Source: Lama guanicoe (lineage: Eukaryota). Taken from it: a stretch of DNA of 64,000 bases. The stretch is taken from contig MU053588.1 in NCBI GenBank assembly GCA_013239625.1, positions 645,988-709,987 of the forward strand, given 5' to 3'. A model generated the notes under the pieces. The model was not told the origin of the DNA and did not search any database. It saw only the letters and a list, made by a program, of their open reading frames with translations. Below, in pieces: positions 37,580 through 51,317 of the stretch. Numbering within the stretch: the stretch's first letter is position 1; every line of letters starts with the position of its first letter. Both the position numbers and the translations under genes were made by a program.

Positions 37580-40500
37580 GACATGAAAGACAAGGAGCCA
37601 GCCACAGAGACATCTGGGAGAGAGCATCCCAGATAGCACAGCAAATGTAAAGGCCCTGAAGCAGGAGCTTGCAGAGCCTGTTCTCAGAAGTACAGGGAGG
37701 CCAGTGTGGCCAGAGGGCAGTGAGGGAAGAGAATGTAAAGGAGTTGAGGTCAGAGAGAGAGCCAGGTGGGAGGTTCTTAGCCTAGGTTCTTCTGGTTGAA
37801 AATAACAGAAACCCAGATCATATCCACTCAAGCCTAAAAGAACTCTGAGATGCTTCCTGACGCCTAGGCAGGCATTGTCTGCTGGTGTCATGATCAGGAG
37901 GCCCAGGGCCCAGACAGTTTTCTTTCTCCACTTCCCACCTCTGGCTCTTTCTGTTTACTTCCTTCTCTCTCTGGGTTCTCTCTCTCCAGGCATTTGGCTG
38001 TTCCATAGCTCCTTCTGTTATGGGGTCTCCAGTTCTCAGCCACCGGCAGAGACTTGACTGGCTGTCTCCATCCCAGGACAGGGGTCTGACTGGCCCAGCT
38101 TTGGTCAGATGGCTGCCTCTCATCCAGTGAGCTGTGGAGAAGCAGTAGGCATGACACATACACGTCTCATAAAACGAGGACTTTCAGAAGCCCAGCAGAC
38201 CTTCTTCTTTGTCCTCCTGGCCTAGGGCGTCATTCTTCCTCTTCTTACATATGAAACGTCATCACTCTGTGGTTAAGAACATGAACCAAATGGCCTGGAT
38301 TCAAATCTCAACCACTTGATAGCTGTGTGACCTTGTGTTTATCACTTCATCTCTCAGGGCCTCAAATTCCTCACCTATAAAATGTGGATGATAAAGGCTT
38401 CTACTTCCAGGGGCTATTAAGAATATTAAATAACTTTCTGTAAAGTAGTTAGTCTGAGCCTGATATGTTGTAAGCACTCAGGAAGTATTAATTATCATCA
38501 CCACCATCATCCTTAGTTTTTCTTCTTGAGACTGGAAAGCATTCTATAGTTCAAGCTAGGACTTGGGAATAAAGAGTCAGGAATTGATCCCAGCTCCACC
38601 ACTGACTAGCTCTGTGACCTTGGCCAAGTGAGAAACTTCTCAAGGAGCCTTGGATTCTTCATCTGCAAAGTAGGGAGAACAACAAGTTGACAGGGCTCAT
38701 TACCTGGATGTATGTGTGTTGTCTGAGGTTTGGGGTGATTGTGGAAATTCAGGAGTTCCCAGGTGTCTGGGTTCAGTGCAGCCCGGGCTCCCAGTCACAG
38801 CCCGCAAACACGAGCTGATGGCTAGAGTGTTGTTAGGACCTGCCTGGCCTCCTTCATGAAGGCTTGTGCAGGGTCCTCCTATACACAGCGTGACATTGCA
38901 CCTGTTCCCTGGAAGCCCATCGGCCGCTCCTAGACTGAGCTTTGTGACCCGCCCCGTTCCCAGTCCCCCAGCATGCAGCGCCTAGTGGGAGCACAGAACA
39001 TTCCCCTTCATCAGGCTTTTCTCTGGTGAAAGGCAGATCTGGAAAACAGCTTCTCAGGAAGTGTGTGTGTCTGGTCATACCCACTCCCAGACGGTGGTTC
39101 TGAAAGCTGGCTGGGAATTGGCCTCACCTGGGAATCTTATTAACAGTTGGGCTTCTCTGGCTTTCCCCCTGGAGCTTCTGTTTGGGCAGGTGTAGGTGAC
39201 CATCTGCTGGTTTGGCCACCCAACAACTGTTCACCATTCTTTTGGGGTTTTCCTTGGGGAACGGCTCTTCCACCATCCAGTCCATTCATGTACAGAGCTT
39301 GGCTGTATGTACAGCGCTGCTTACTCTAGGCACTGGGGACAAGGCAGTGAATCATAGACAGCCCTGCCATTGAAAATGGAATGAGATGATAATATCTTGT
39401 AAATTATAAATTACAAGTTATACATTAGATAACTGTACTTTCGATAAGTCACTTTCTGATCTCATGTCACTGTCATTTTCTGATTTCAATAATTATACTG
39501 ATTAGGAGAATATAATTGTTCTTAGGAAATACCCACTGACTTCTGTAGAGGTTAAGAACAAGAACAAATTCTTGGAAAAAGGGAGGAAAACCCAAATTGG
39601 CTGAACAGTCATAAAAATGACTAAAATATGTATCTTTTTTCAGTTTGGGGGTATTGTCATGAAGACTTAGCTGTAACAAAATGCCTTATTGTACAGAATA
39701 GATTTCTGTTCAGGAAATCAATGCTTATGTGCACAATTTTTGAGTTTAAAGGTTCTTAAAACTTTAGTATGTAGGAAGTTTATAGATTATTTTCTTTTCA
39801 TTCTTTACACTTTTATGTATTTTTCACATTTTCCAAAAGGAACTTTTAGAAACAGGAGTAAAAGATACCCTAAATAAAAAGCTCCCCCCTCCCCTCCATG
39901 GAATGTTCTGGTCCCTGTAGTTTGGTTGTGGAACCATCTCAGGAGCAGGCATTGGCCATTCATGTCAGACCACTCAGAATTAATATGCCTCTTTTGCTGG
40001 AGCTACCAGGAAAGAGGGGCTTGCTTTCTGGTGGGGTCCTAAGTTATGGGGCAGAAACCTAATGCTGCTGGGGGCCATCTTTCCCAAAGGGTCAGATAGA
40101 AAGGAGATGGAAATGATTGGTTCCTGATAAACTCTTTGGGTAACTGAAGTTGGAATAACCCCTGAGTTTTCAGTGGGGTGAGCCAAAAAGTTGCTTTTTT
40201 TTTTTTTTATCTCGAGCCAATTTGAATTGGGTCTCTGCCATTTGCAACTAAAAAAGTCCTGTGAGTAAGACAGTAATCTTAGTGGGCCGTAGAATCTGTA
40301 TCTTAAAAATTCTCCACAAATGATTTGTATGAATCAGATGTTTTGAGAACCAGTTTACTAGCGTTTTCTGAGTAGTGATTCTCAGACTTAAGTGAGCAGC
40401 AGATTTGCCTGGGGGAATTGTTAAAAATACAGAGCCTCTGCTCCAAACTACTGGAGATTCTAATCTGGGGCCCGGATATCTGAGTTCTGAGCAACATTCT

Positions 40501-40711
40501 GGGTGACTGGATGCCCATCAGAGTTTGAGAACCCCTCTGATAAAGTATAGGGATGGTGCCCACCCTAAGGCTTTACCCATAGAGGGGGCCCAGGGTCTTT
40601 CTCAGATGAGTGAAATTAAGAGTTTGAGTCTAGATCTTTGGAAAGTCATTCTTTTTCCTGCCTGTTACCCAGCCTTGCACACTACATCATGTTTTTTAAA
40701 AAAAATCTAAA

Positions 40712-40773
40712 CGTTATGCTGTACACCAGGAATTGACACATTGTAACTGACTATACTTTAATTAAAAAAAAAA
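40712..40773 (+). mobile_element. Extremely truncated young L1 3' tail (~60 nt)
   Basis: ttatgctgtacaccaggaattgacacattgtaactgactatactttaatt(a)n, flanked by aaaaatct on both sides. Confidence 0.75.
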
Positions 40774-42169
40774 TCTGACCAAAAGAAATATAGTTAGGTA
40801 TGTGAGTTTTATTAGTATAAAGGTTAAACCGATGTGGAACCCCTCCAGTAAGTTTGGATATTGTGTGTGCTGGAATGTTGCTTAAGATTCAGAACAAAGC
40901 CTCCTAAAGAAAAATTTTGGTAGTAGTGGAAAGTATTCAAGAGGGTAATTACTCACTGATTCAGTCTGTGGTCATTTATGGTGACTGCTTCCCTCACGTG
41001 TGTGTACGTGTGTATGTGTGTGTATATGTGTACCCATACTTACTTGGAGGTGAAGGAAGGGCCACAGCCCTTTCACGTGGGTGAAAGGGAATCTTTTGAG
41101 TTGACCCATTGGGCCAGAAAATCCCTTTTCAAATACTGTCTTGTAGCAGCTTTGCTTTTGAGGCCCCTGAGCGCTAGGGGAAAAGGGGTGTGGAGCCTGA
41201 CTGACGTGCCCTGTTGGCTCTAACCCCAGGCACGTGTGACTTTGCCATTGTCTGAAGTCTTTTCTCCCCCCAGGATTTGTACCCCGTGCTGCGTTCCTGT
41301 AGCTCAGCCACCATGATCAGGGCGTGGGTTGGCCAGAATTATTCAGATTTAGACTGATCATCTTCAGGTATTTTTGTTTGCATCCCCTCAAGAGAATTTT
41401 GATAACCCATGCCTCCTTGTACATTATAAAGCTAACATCTAAAATAGTTTTATGGTAACATAAGATTTTTCTTATTTGTGGGAGAAAGAAAATAGCACAT
41501 ATTTTGTAAGATGAGATAAGATAAAGATTGACTGTAATTGAAATAAATATTCTATGATAGGGTTAGATAAAGTAGGTTTTCACTACTTTATGAAATAAAG
41601 CAGGCAGAATCTAGAAGAAATCAAATTTTTCCCTGGGAATTTTTTTCTGGTGGATTTCAAAAAGTTTGGTGGTCTTGCAAAACATTCCATTTAAATGAAT
41701 CAAGGCCACTGACCTGCTTTGACTGTTTGGAATTTAGGAGATCCCAGCATGGGCCAAAATATCCTGTTTTTAAAGCCATGTTTCATATTTAACAGAAATG
41801 TGTATAAGCCAGGGAAAGACAGGCAAGTCTAGGAGCTTAAGGAACTTTATTATTCATTAAAGACTACTTCCTTGAAACCCGTATTTTGATGCTTTTTGTT
41901 GTTTGGAGCCCTGGAGATTTATATACCCCCTGAACAGTGTCCTTTGGGAAGTGGTGGGCGGTTGTACACTGAGGGATGGACAACTGAGAAGGCGGGCTGA
42001 TTCGCAGTCAGATCAATTTTAGGAAAGGAAACCTGTGGCAGTTGAGAATCTGAGCATTGCTTCCCGTAGAGACGTTTGTGCTCTTGAATCCATTGAAAGT
42101 CTCCATAAACCCCTCGGGAATACACACTCCCAAGCCTGAAGACTCAGCTGAAAGGATCTGGCTGTTCCT

Positions 42170-42336
42170 TTTTTTATATATATAAACTTTATTTCAAATT
42201 TAGAGAGATAGATCATCTTGTTGAGGGGCAGAGGGAGGATTAGGTTGATTTATTTTTGGAGGAGGTACTGGGGATTGAACCCAGGACCTCATGCATGCTA
42301 AGTATGTACTCTGCCACTTGAGCTATACCCTCCCCC
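42170..42336 (-). mobile_element. tRNA-derived SINE (Vic-1-like, long tail) with 18-bp TSD
   Basis: TSD aaggatctggctgttcct (42152-42169) / aagaatctggctgtttct (42337-42354). SINE body at ~42258-42336. Confidence 0.88.
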
Positions 42337-43347
42337 AAGAATCTGGCTGTTTCTAATCTCAGCAGGAAATCTGGAGGTGGGTAGGTTACAGAGATGGTTG
42401 ACTGGTTCACCACCACCACGACCATTATCATTGCAGATCCAGTTGATCTTGTCTCCTGGCTCTACATGCTTCTTCCTCTTGTGCACAGTCCCAGCCTGGT
42501 CCAGGGAGTACTTCCACAACCCTGGGCATCCAGGCCAGATAGGATAGTGGGTAAAGGAGAAGGAAGCCAGGCACCTATCTCCAGAAACCCCCCAGCCAGT
42601 CTCTTCTTGCTTCTTGTTGCCCCAACTTAGGCCAGCCTATCTCCTCGAGATCAGTAACAAACTATCATGTTAGTATGTAAAAGCTCAAAACATCACTTCT
42701 TAATCACTAAACAGTATGGTGGCTAAAACACAGCTGTTATGTGCCTTCACACCATGATTCCTCTCTAGTCAACAACATCGAAACTTGCATCACCTGTGTT
42801 GTCCTTGATCAGCTGTTTTATGTCCACACGAGGTTCTGACCTTCTGATTGTATTAAAGTGTAACCTTGAGACTTTTCTTGCTCATCTTTTTGTTAAAAAT
42901 GTTGTAGTGGGTTTTAAAAATTAGGTGAAAACACATCAAGAACTATATACACTCCGTGAGGTTTGAGTATTAACAGCCAAAGAGATATTTTACTGGGGAA
43001 AAAAATGCTAACCTGGAAGACATTCTTTGCAGTGGTACCTGGCTCTTAATAAGCCTTCAATTAATGTTAGTTGTCATACTGGTTGGGTATTTGTTAAAAT
43101 CTATACTACCCCTCTTCCCCTAAAGTAACAATGGTTATAAAGTAGCCATTAAGAAAATGTTTGTTGAGTGAATTAGGGGGAAGCACAGGGTAGTGATTGA
43201 ACTGACAGTATTTAATAGCTCTGGAATTAGACCTAAATTCTGATCCCACCTCTGCCATCTTTTAGCTGTATGTTTTTGAACCAAATCAGGTTATCTGGGC
43301 CTTAGTTAATTTCCTAGTAAAAACAGGATTAACTCAACGGGTACTGA

Positions 43348-43715
43348 ATCAGTAAGGATAGACTAGGTTATGCTGCTGTAACAAATAACCCTAATATCTC
43401 AGTGGCTTAAAAGACAGGGATTGATTTCTCATTAACGTCACATTTTCCTCATGGGTTGGTGGTGTTCTCTGTTCTACCTCATTCTCATTCAGGGACCCAG
43501 GTTCTGTCATCTGGAACATGTTCATTCATGTAAGAAGCAGAGAGTAGGGGGTTGTACATCAGCTCTCAGATGATCCCACATGAAACTGACCCACATTGCT
43601 TCCGCTCATATTTCATTGACCACTGCAAGTCTTATGGCCATAGCTAACTTGAGGATGGTGGGGAAGTGCAGTCCTACTCTGTGCCTGAAAGGTGAATCAA
43701 AACTAATACAATTGC
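43348..43715. mobile_element. MaLR solo LTR (MLT1-like)
   Basis: ggatagactaggttatgctgctgtaacaaataaccctaatatctcagtggcttaa. Confidence 0.7.
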
Positions 43716-46254
43716 CAAGAGGTTTAATTAAGATAAATTTGTGAAGCATTTAGCACTCTGTCAGATTTTAAGTAGGAACTGTCAGTGCTATTTTGTTGTG
43801 GTTGATGATGATAGGAGAATAAGTGATTATTATTCTCATCCTGCAAATTGCGGTGGAGTCTGGTGGGTGAGCTTGGTGACTAAGGTGCTGGCTTGGGTTC
43901 CAAAGTCAGTTCCACTACTTGCTAACCCTGTTATTGAAGAGTGGTTATAGTAGTAATCTCCTGGGGACAGGGAGATTTGAAGTTCATGAATGGAAGGGAT
44001 CAGTCCAGAGCCTGTGTTGGACAGAAACAAAAGTTGTTGGTTACTGTTGTTGTCACCAGTGTAGTTTCATTAGCTGGCCTTGAATTATCCTGCAGAGAAT
44101 CAGTTTAAGATTAGGTATCCAGTTCTTTCCTGTCTCTTTACTCCTATTTGCTCTACCCATACACTACAAGTTTTGATGTGTCATTTCTCATGAATCATTC
44201 ATTTCTAAATGATTGGCAATTTTTAAATATTTTTATCAAGGTATAACTTTTTGTACCTGGCTTCTTTCATTTAGCAATTTTTTTTTATATTCTTCATGTT
44301 ATATAGTATATGTCACTCCTTTTGTTGCTGAATAGTATTCTGTTGTATGGATATACCACCACATTTTGTTTATCCATTCACTGGTTGATGGATATTTGGA
44401 TTGTTTCCAGTGTTGGGCTATTATGACTAATGCTTTTAGGAACATATGCATACAAGTCTTTGTGTGGATATATGTTTTCCCTTCTACCCAGGAGTGGAAT
44501 TTCTGGGTCACTGGGTAACTCTGTTTAACTTCATAAGACACTGCCAAATTATTTTCCAAAGTGACTACACCATTTTACAGTCCCACCAGTGATGTATTGA
44601 GAATTACAGTTTTTCCATATTCTCACCAACATTTGTTCTTATAGCCGTCGTAGTGGATGGGCAGTGGTATCTCATTGTGGTTTTGATTCACATTTCCCTA
44701 ATTACCTAGGGTGATCATCTTTTTCTGTGCTTATCTCCTTGGGTGAAATGTATCTTCAAATCTTTTGCTTGTTTCTTAATCTTTTCTTATTGGGTTGTAA
44801 GAGTTCTTTTTGTGTTCTGGATAACAGTCACTCACCAGACATATAATTTGCAAATAATTTCTTCCAGACTGTGATTGGTCTTTTCATTTTCCTAATGATG
44901 TCTTTTGAAGTGCAGAACTTTTAAGTTTTGGTAGAATCAAGTTTATCAACTTGTTCTTTTATGGAACCTGTTTTTGTGTCATGTCAAAGAACTCTTTACC
45001 TAATCTAGTATCACAAAGATTTTTTAAATTTTTTTTCCTAGAAGTTTCATACTTTTAGTGTAATCTTACTTTTAGGTCTGTAATCCATTTTGACATCATT
45101 TTTGTGCATTATGTGAGGAAAGGGTCTAAATTTATCCTTTTGCATGTGACTATCCAATTGTCGCAGCACTATTTGTTGGGAAAAAAGTATGTTACCCCAT
45201 TGAATTGGGGTGGCACTTTTGTTGAAAATCAGTTGACTGTTCATGTAAGGGTATATTTCTGGGCTCTCAGTTCTGATCCATTAATCTAAATTTATATTTA
45301 CAGATGTTAAACCAACCTTGCATTCCTGGGATAAATTCCTCTTGGTCATGTTACTGGATTTAGTTTGCTAACATTTGTTGAGGGTTTTGGTGTGTATATT
45401 CACGAGTCGTATTGGTATATAGTTGGTTTGTTATTTTTATGATGTCTTTATCTGGCTTTGGTATCAAGGTAATACTGGCTTCATAAGCATGAGTTGGAAG
45501 TGTCCCCTCTTACATGTTTTTTGAAGATTTGTGAGGAATTGGTATTATATCTTCTGTAAGCCTTTCATAGACTTCACCAGTGGAGCCACATACCACAATT
45601 TTTTCATCCATTCATTCATTCATGAACACTTGGGTTGTTTCCATATCTTGGCTATATAAATAATGCTGCAGTGAACATGGCAGTGGATACATCTTTTGGA
45701 GTTAGTATTTTTGTCTCTTTGGATAAATATCCAGAAATGGAGTTGCTGGATCTTATGGTAGTTCTGTTTTTAATTTTTTGAGAAACTATCATACTCTCAG
45801 TTTCATTGATCTCTTCTTTGTCCTTTAATGTTTGTTTTTTTTCTGGATGCATCAAGTTTAGTTTGCTCTTCTGTTTCTAGTTTCTTCAGGTGAAAGCTTA
45901 AGTTATTGATTTGAACTCTTCTTTTCTAATGCAGGCATTTAAAGCTATAAATTTTCTTTTAAATACTGCTTTAGGAGTAACTGCATCCTATAAATGTTGG
46001 TATGTTGTGTTTCTGTTACATTCAGTTCAAAATATTTTTTTATTTCCCTTGTGATTTCTTCTTTGACTTATGAATTATTTAAAAGAATCTTGTTTAATGT
46101 AAATCTTTGGAGGTTAACCAGATTTTCTTTCTGTTGTTGATTTTCAGTTTAATTCCACTGTGATGGAATAATATTCTTTGTATCATTTCAGTCCTTTAAA
46201 AATTTTTTTATTTTGGAAAAAAATAATTTAAGTGTCATGAGAAAATGAAAAATA

Positions 46255-47445
46255 CCATGGGTGGGACAAATGGATATCTACATGCAGAAGAATGAAGTTA
46301 GATCCTTACCTCACACCATATACAAAATTTCCTCAGAATAGATTATAGGCCTAAATGTAAGAGCTAAAACTATAAAACTTTTAGGAGAAAACATAAGAGT
46401 ATGTCTTCATGACCTTGGGATACGTAGTGGTTTCTTAGATACTGTGACACCCAAAGTACAAGCAACAAAGGAAAAAATATACATATTGGACTTCATCAAA
46501 ATAATATTTTGTGTATGATTCAAAGGACATAATCAAGAATGTAAAACCACAGACCATAGAATGGAAGAAGATATTTGCAACTCATATCTCATAAGCGACT
46601 TATGTCCAGAATTTACAAAGAACTCTTACAACTTGACAACATAAAAATGAACAACCCAAATTAAAAATGGGCAAAAGATTTGAATGGGTATTTCTCCCCT
46701 AAAGATATACAAATGGCCTATAAACACATGAAAAGATGCTCAATATCATTAGTCATTAGGGTAATTCTAATCAAAACCACCATGAGATTCCACTTCGCTA
46801 GAATGGCTGTAACAAAAAAGATGGGCAATAACAAGTATTGGCAAGGATGTGGGGAAACTGGAACCCTCATATATGGCTGGTGGGATTGTACAATGGTATA
46901 GCCCATTTGGAAAAGTTTGGTAGTTCCTTAAAAAGTTATGCCAATTTACTGTATGACCCAACAATTCCACTCCTAAGTATATACCCAAGATAAATACAAA
47001 CATATGTCTACACAGTAACTTATGCACAGATGTTCATAGTAGCATTATTTTTAGTAGCCAGAAAGTAGAAACAACCCCAAATGTCTGTTAACTGGTGACA
47101 GGTTAAATAAAATGTGACATATAAACACAACAGTATATTATTCTGTCATAGAAAGGATTGAAGTATGATAAATACCACAGTATGGATGAATTGGAAACAT
47201 TATGGCAAATGAAGAAAACCAGCACAGAAAACCACATATTGTATGATTCCATTTATATGAAATGTTCAGAGTAAGCAAATCTGTAGACTGAAGGTAGATT
47301 AGTGTTTGCCTAGGCTGGAAATGGTAGGAGGGTGGAATGAGAAGTCATTGCTTTTATTTTTGAGGTGATGAAAATTTTCTAAGTTTAGGTTGTGGTGATG
47401 GGTTGCACAACTCTGAATGTACTAAAAACCATTGAATTGTTCATA
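46255..47445 (+). mobile_element. Nested L1 (L1MB-like) ORF2 end and 3'UTR in the opposite orientation
   Basis: Peptide FSPKDIQMAYKHMKRCSISLVIR (46680-46901) matches the L1 ORF2 C-terminus. 3'UTR gtgatgggttgcacaactctgaatgtactaaaaaccattgaattg. Confidence 0.88.
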
Positions 47446-48987
47446 ACAGTGAAATTCATTCATTCACATTTGATGTAATTATTGGTATATTTGAATTAAC
47501 ATCTGTCTTTTTGCTATTTGTTTTCTGTATGTCTTATGTCTTACTTTTACCCTCTGTTCCTCCTTTACTACCTTCTTTCTGGTAAGTATTTATTTCCTGG
47601 TGTTTTAATTCCTTTGGGTTTTTAAAAATGCTTTTTCTTGTTATTTCTTTAGTAGGTCTCTAGGGCTTACAAGATGCATCTTAATTTATCACAGTCTACT
47701 TTGATTAATACTAAAGCTTAGTTCCAGTTAAATATAGAAACTTGGCTCTAATACAGAACCATTTCCTCTTCCCTTTTTTGTGTTATTATTGTCATATATA
47801 TTTCTATATGTTCTAAACTCCATGGTACAGTTTCATAATTATTTTATGAAATCTTAACATCTTTTAAATCAGTCAAGGGAAGAGAAGAAAAAATATTCAT
47901 TTGGTCTTTTATATTTACGATTTAACTTTTCTGGTATTCTTTGTTTCTTCTTGTCTGTGTTACCATATGGTGTCTTTTCCTTTCACCATAAAGGACATCC
48001 TGTAGTATTTCTTACAAATCGAATCTAGTAGCAGTGAATTCTTTTTGTCTGGGAATTCCTTTTATTTCACCTTGATTTTTTGAAGGATAGTTTTGCTGGA
48101 TATAGAATTTTTATTTGAGAGGATTTTCTTTTTTTCAGCATTTTGAAACTGTTATCCTGATGCCTTTTGGCCTTCATTATTTTTGGTGGAAAATGAGCTG
48201 TTGATTGTGTTGATGCTTGCTGTGCATGATGACCTGTTTCCCTCTTCCTACTTTAAAGATTTTCTCGTCTTTGTCTTTCACCAGCTTATGTGCATCTAGA
48301 TGTGGCTGTCTTTTTATCCTGTGTAGAGTTTGTTGGACTTGTTGGACATGTAGACTAATGTTTTTCATCAAATCTGAGATGTTACTTAGATTTTTTTCCC
48401 TTGCTGTTTCCCAGGCTCTTCTGGGGCTTCCATTATGTCTATGTTAATTTCCTTAATGGTATTCCACGTGTCTCTGAGATTCCGTTTAGTTTTATTCATT
48501 TTTTCCCTTTTATTGTTGTTTCAGATTGTGTAAGTTTTGTGATCCATATTTAAGCTCACTGGTTATTTCTTCTGCCATTTCAAATCTGTCGCTGCCCTCA
48601 AGTGAATTTTTCATTGCAGTTATGAGTTTCAACTTTAGAAGTTCCTTATTAAAAAACTGTTTTCTTTGTTGTCTCTACTTTTATTCTTTAAACATAATTT
48701 CCTTTGGTTTATTAACATGTTTATAGTAGCTATTTGAAGTCTTTGTCAATTTTCAATTAACTGCTTCTTTCCCTGAGTATGGGTCACACGTACAATTTCT
48801 TTATGTGTGAAAATTTTTTTGTTGAGAGCTGCACATTTTAGAACATATATTGTAGCAATTCTGGATTCTGATTTCTCCTTCCACAGGCCATTGTTGTTAT
48901 TTTTTTGTTTTGTTTGTTTAATGACTTTCCTGGGCTAATTCTTTGGAGTCTCTTGCCTGTGGCACAAAGACACATGTCTCTGCTCTT

Positions 48988-49026
48988 AAAAAAAAAAAAG
49001 AGAGAGAGAGAGAGAAAAGAAAAAAG
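48988..49026. repeat. Poly-A/(GA)n microsatellite
   Basis: Direct read. Confidence 0.9.
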
Positions 49027-51317
49027 TCTTGTCTTAATTTTAAGCATTAGTTATAAGGGGTTGCCCCTGAGCCAGTAAGGCTTCCATCCTTCGCCCATCC
49101 GTGTGTGGGTTGGGGAATATTTTCAGAATTCGAGCAGTCTGTGAATCTGCCCCAGTTACTGCTTTGTGCCTAGCTGTCTGGTGTCTTGTTTGCACACTCT
49201 GAAAGCCTCATTTCAGTCAGGGATGTGTGGATAGCTAAGGCTCTCTCCCGTCTCTCTGGAGCTCATGTACAGCCTTGTATATACATCCATTCTTCCAGAC
49301 CACTGGGGATACACGGGAGCTTACCCAGGCCCAGTAGGGCTGTCTCAGCCTCTGGATCTTCCTGTGGAATTCCTGGATCGCTTGCAGGTCTGTCACTTCC
49401 TCCACCCAGAGTGTAACCATGATCCAGCTGGGATGGTGGTCTTTCCCATTCGTTTGCCCCTGAGACCACTGCCGTCTCAACAATGCCCAGGGGTGTGGGG
49501 TTTTTCCTTGCCCCTCGCAGTTCAGTCAGCCCTGCCGGCAGCCAAGTTTTCATGGCTTACTCTGCTTTGGTTAAACTGTAGCACAGATGGAGCATGCAAT
49601 GGGAGCAACCCAAGTCAAACAGCACACGCTGCCACTGTTCTTACTCAGAGTTCAGTAATTTTTCTTGAATAAATGCTTCTCAGGTTATTGTATGCCTTTT
49701 GTTGATTTCCAGTGTCCTCCGATGGTTTGTGTTTGACAGTTTTGTCCAGTTTTTTCCATTGTTTTTTGGGAGAGAGTTTTCTGAGCTCCTCATTTCACCG
49801 CTTTAGAAGTTTGGTTGGCACTTTTGGCTTCTAATTTCCTCTTTAACTTAAGACATACCCAGAAGTATTTACAAATTTGCAAATTCCAATTATGTAACCC
49901 TGGCTATACATTCTGATCCACTGGAGAACTTTTAGAATTGTTTCCTACATTTTACTTTTTATTATGAACAATTGCAAACATGTAGAAGTAGAGCGTGTAT
50001 TGTCTCGTCATGACCCATCTTGTCTCGTTCTGATTTTGCCTTCCCCGACTCATTATTTTGAAGCATCATATCCTTCACCCACAGATATTTCAGTACCTAG
50101 TTCTAACAGGAGAAGGTCACTTTAAAAAAACATAATCACAATATCATTAGTACAGCTAAAATAATTATTAGTAATTGCTTAGTATCGTCAAATAGACTTG
50201 GGGAACTTTGAAAAATAAGATGCCCAGTCCAATGAAATCAGACTCCCTGGGGGTGAGGTCTGGGCGTCCAGAGATAGTATTAAGCCCCTCAGGGAATTGT
50301 GACATGCCCCTGACGTTGAGAACCATTGAGTTTAGATTTCTCTATCCTTTTCCAAAATTGTGTTCATTTCTGATTTAAATGCACTGAGGTCAGCACATTG
50401 TGATAGGAAATTCTCTTTGGAGGAATTTGAGAATTTTCTTAACACAGGATCAGTTTTTATGAATATTCAATGGATATTTTATAAAGAATGAATCTCATGT
50501 TTTCTGGTAAAGAGTGTTATATAAAACTTTAAAACCAAGTTGCTAATTTGTGTTATTCAAGTTCTCTCTAGCCTTTTTTTGGGCCACTTTATCAGTTGTT
50601 GCTCTCCTGAAAGAAGTGTGTGTGTATTTCCCACAGTGATTATTATTTTGTCAGTTCTTATATTTCTAAAGGTTATTATCTTAACATTTAGATTCACATT
50701 TCCCTCATAACTTTTTGCCGTGAAAAGTTGAGGAAAACAACAACATACTCTCTTCTACCCACCCCCAGTTCCTGCATTCCCAGATCCTTAATTGTAGTTG
50801 GAATGTTTTCTGATGTCATCAAATGGGGTGACCATAAATGCCATTCTGTAATGGGCCCTGTCTCTCCAAGGTTCCTGTGAGGGACCCAGCCTTCGACTGT
50901 GTCTCAGTATGTCTGGACATTGCCCACTCCTACCCACCTCAAAGCTGAGTTTCTGATTGTTGTGCACGGTTGGCACTTTGGGGAAATGTGCACATTGGAA
51001 ACAGCAAGCTGTGATTGAACACCTGATTTTGCACAGCCCGGGTGTGCTGGGCTAGCTCTCCACCTGCTCTGTTAGTACCATTTGGTCTAGACACAGAGCC
51101 CCCCCCCCGTTACTCCCCTGCTGTGTGAACCATGACTCACTATTTTTCCCGAAATAAGTGCTAATTGGTTTTCAATTCCACTTGGACTTTAATGCTGCCC
51201 ACTCCAGCCTTGGTCCAAAACATGGATCTATTTGAAGAAATGCTCCTTATTTGGAGGAATCAGCATTGCAAGGAGCTGGCAGGCTTTGCCATTCTCAGCT
51301 TGCCACAGTGGCCATGG

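Larger units (their letters stand above)
44215..49810 (-). mobile_element. Degenerate, internally deleted near-full-length ancient L1M (3'UTR at left; ORF2, ORF1 and 5'UTR to the right) with nested L1 insertions
   Basis: Reverse L1 3' end (44230-44700), ORF2 pieces (to ~46200), ORF1-like gaaggatagttttgctggatatagaatt (~48080) and 5'UTR-like 48700-49800. The ORF-track peptide MNSQLIFNKSATPIQWG (45047-45244) is L1 ORF2-like. Confidence 0.8.

Noticed and set aside
44299..48447. Short ORFs with L1-like peptides as active LINE genes
   Set aside because: Fragmented by stops, frameshifts and deletions; fossil elements.
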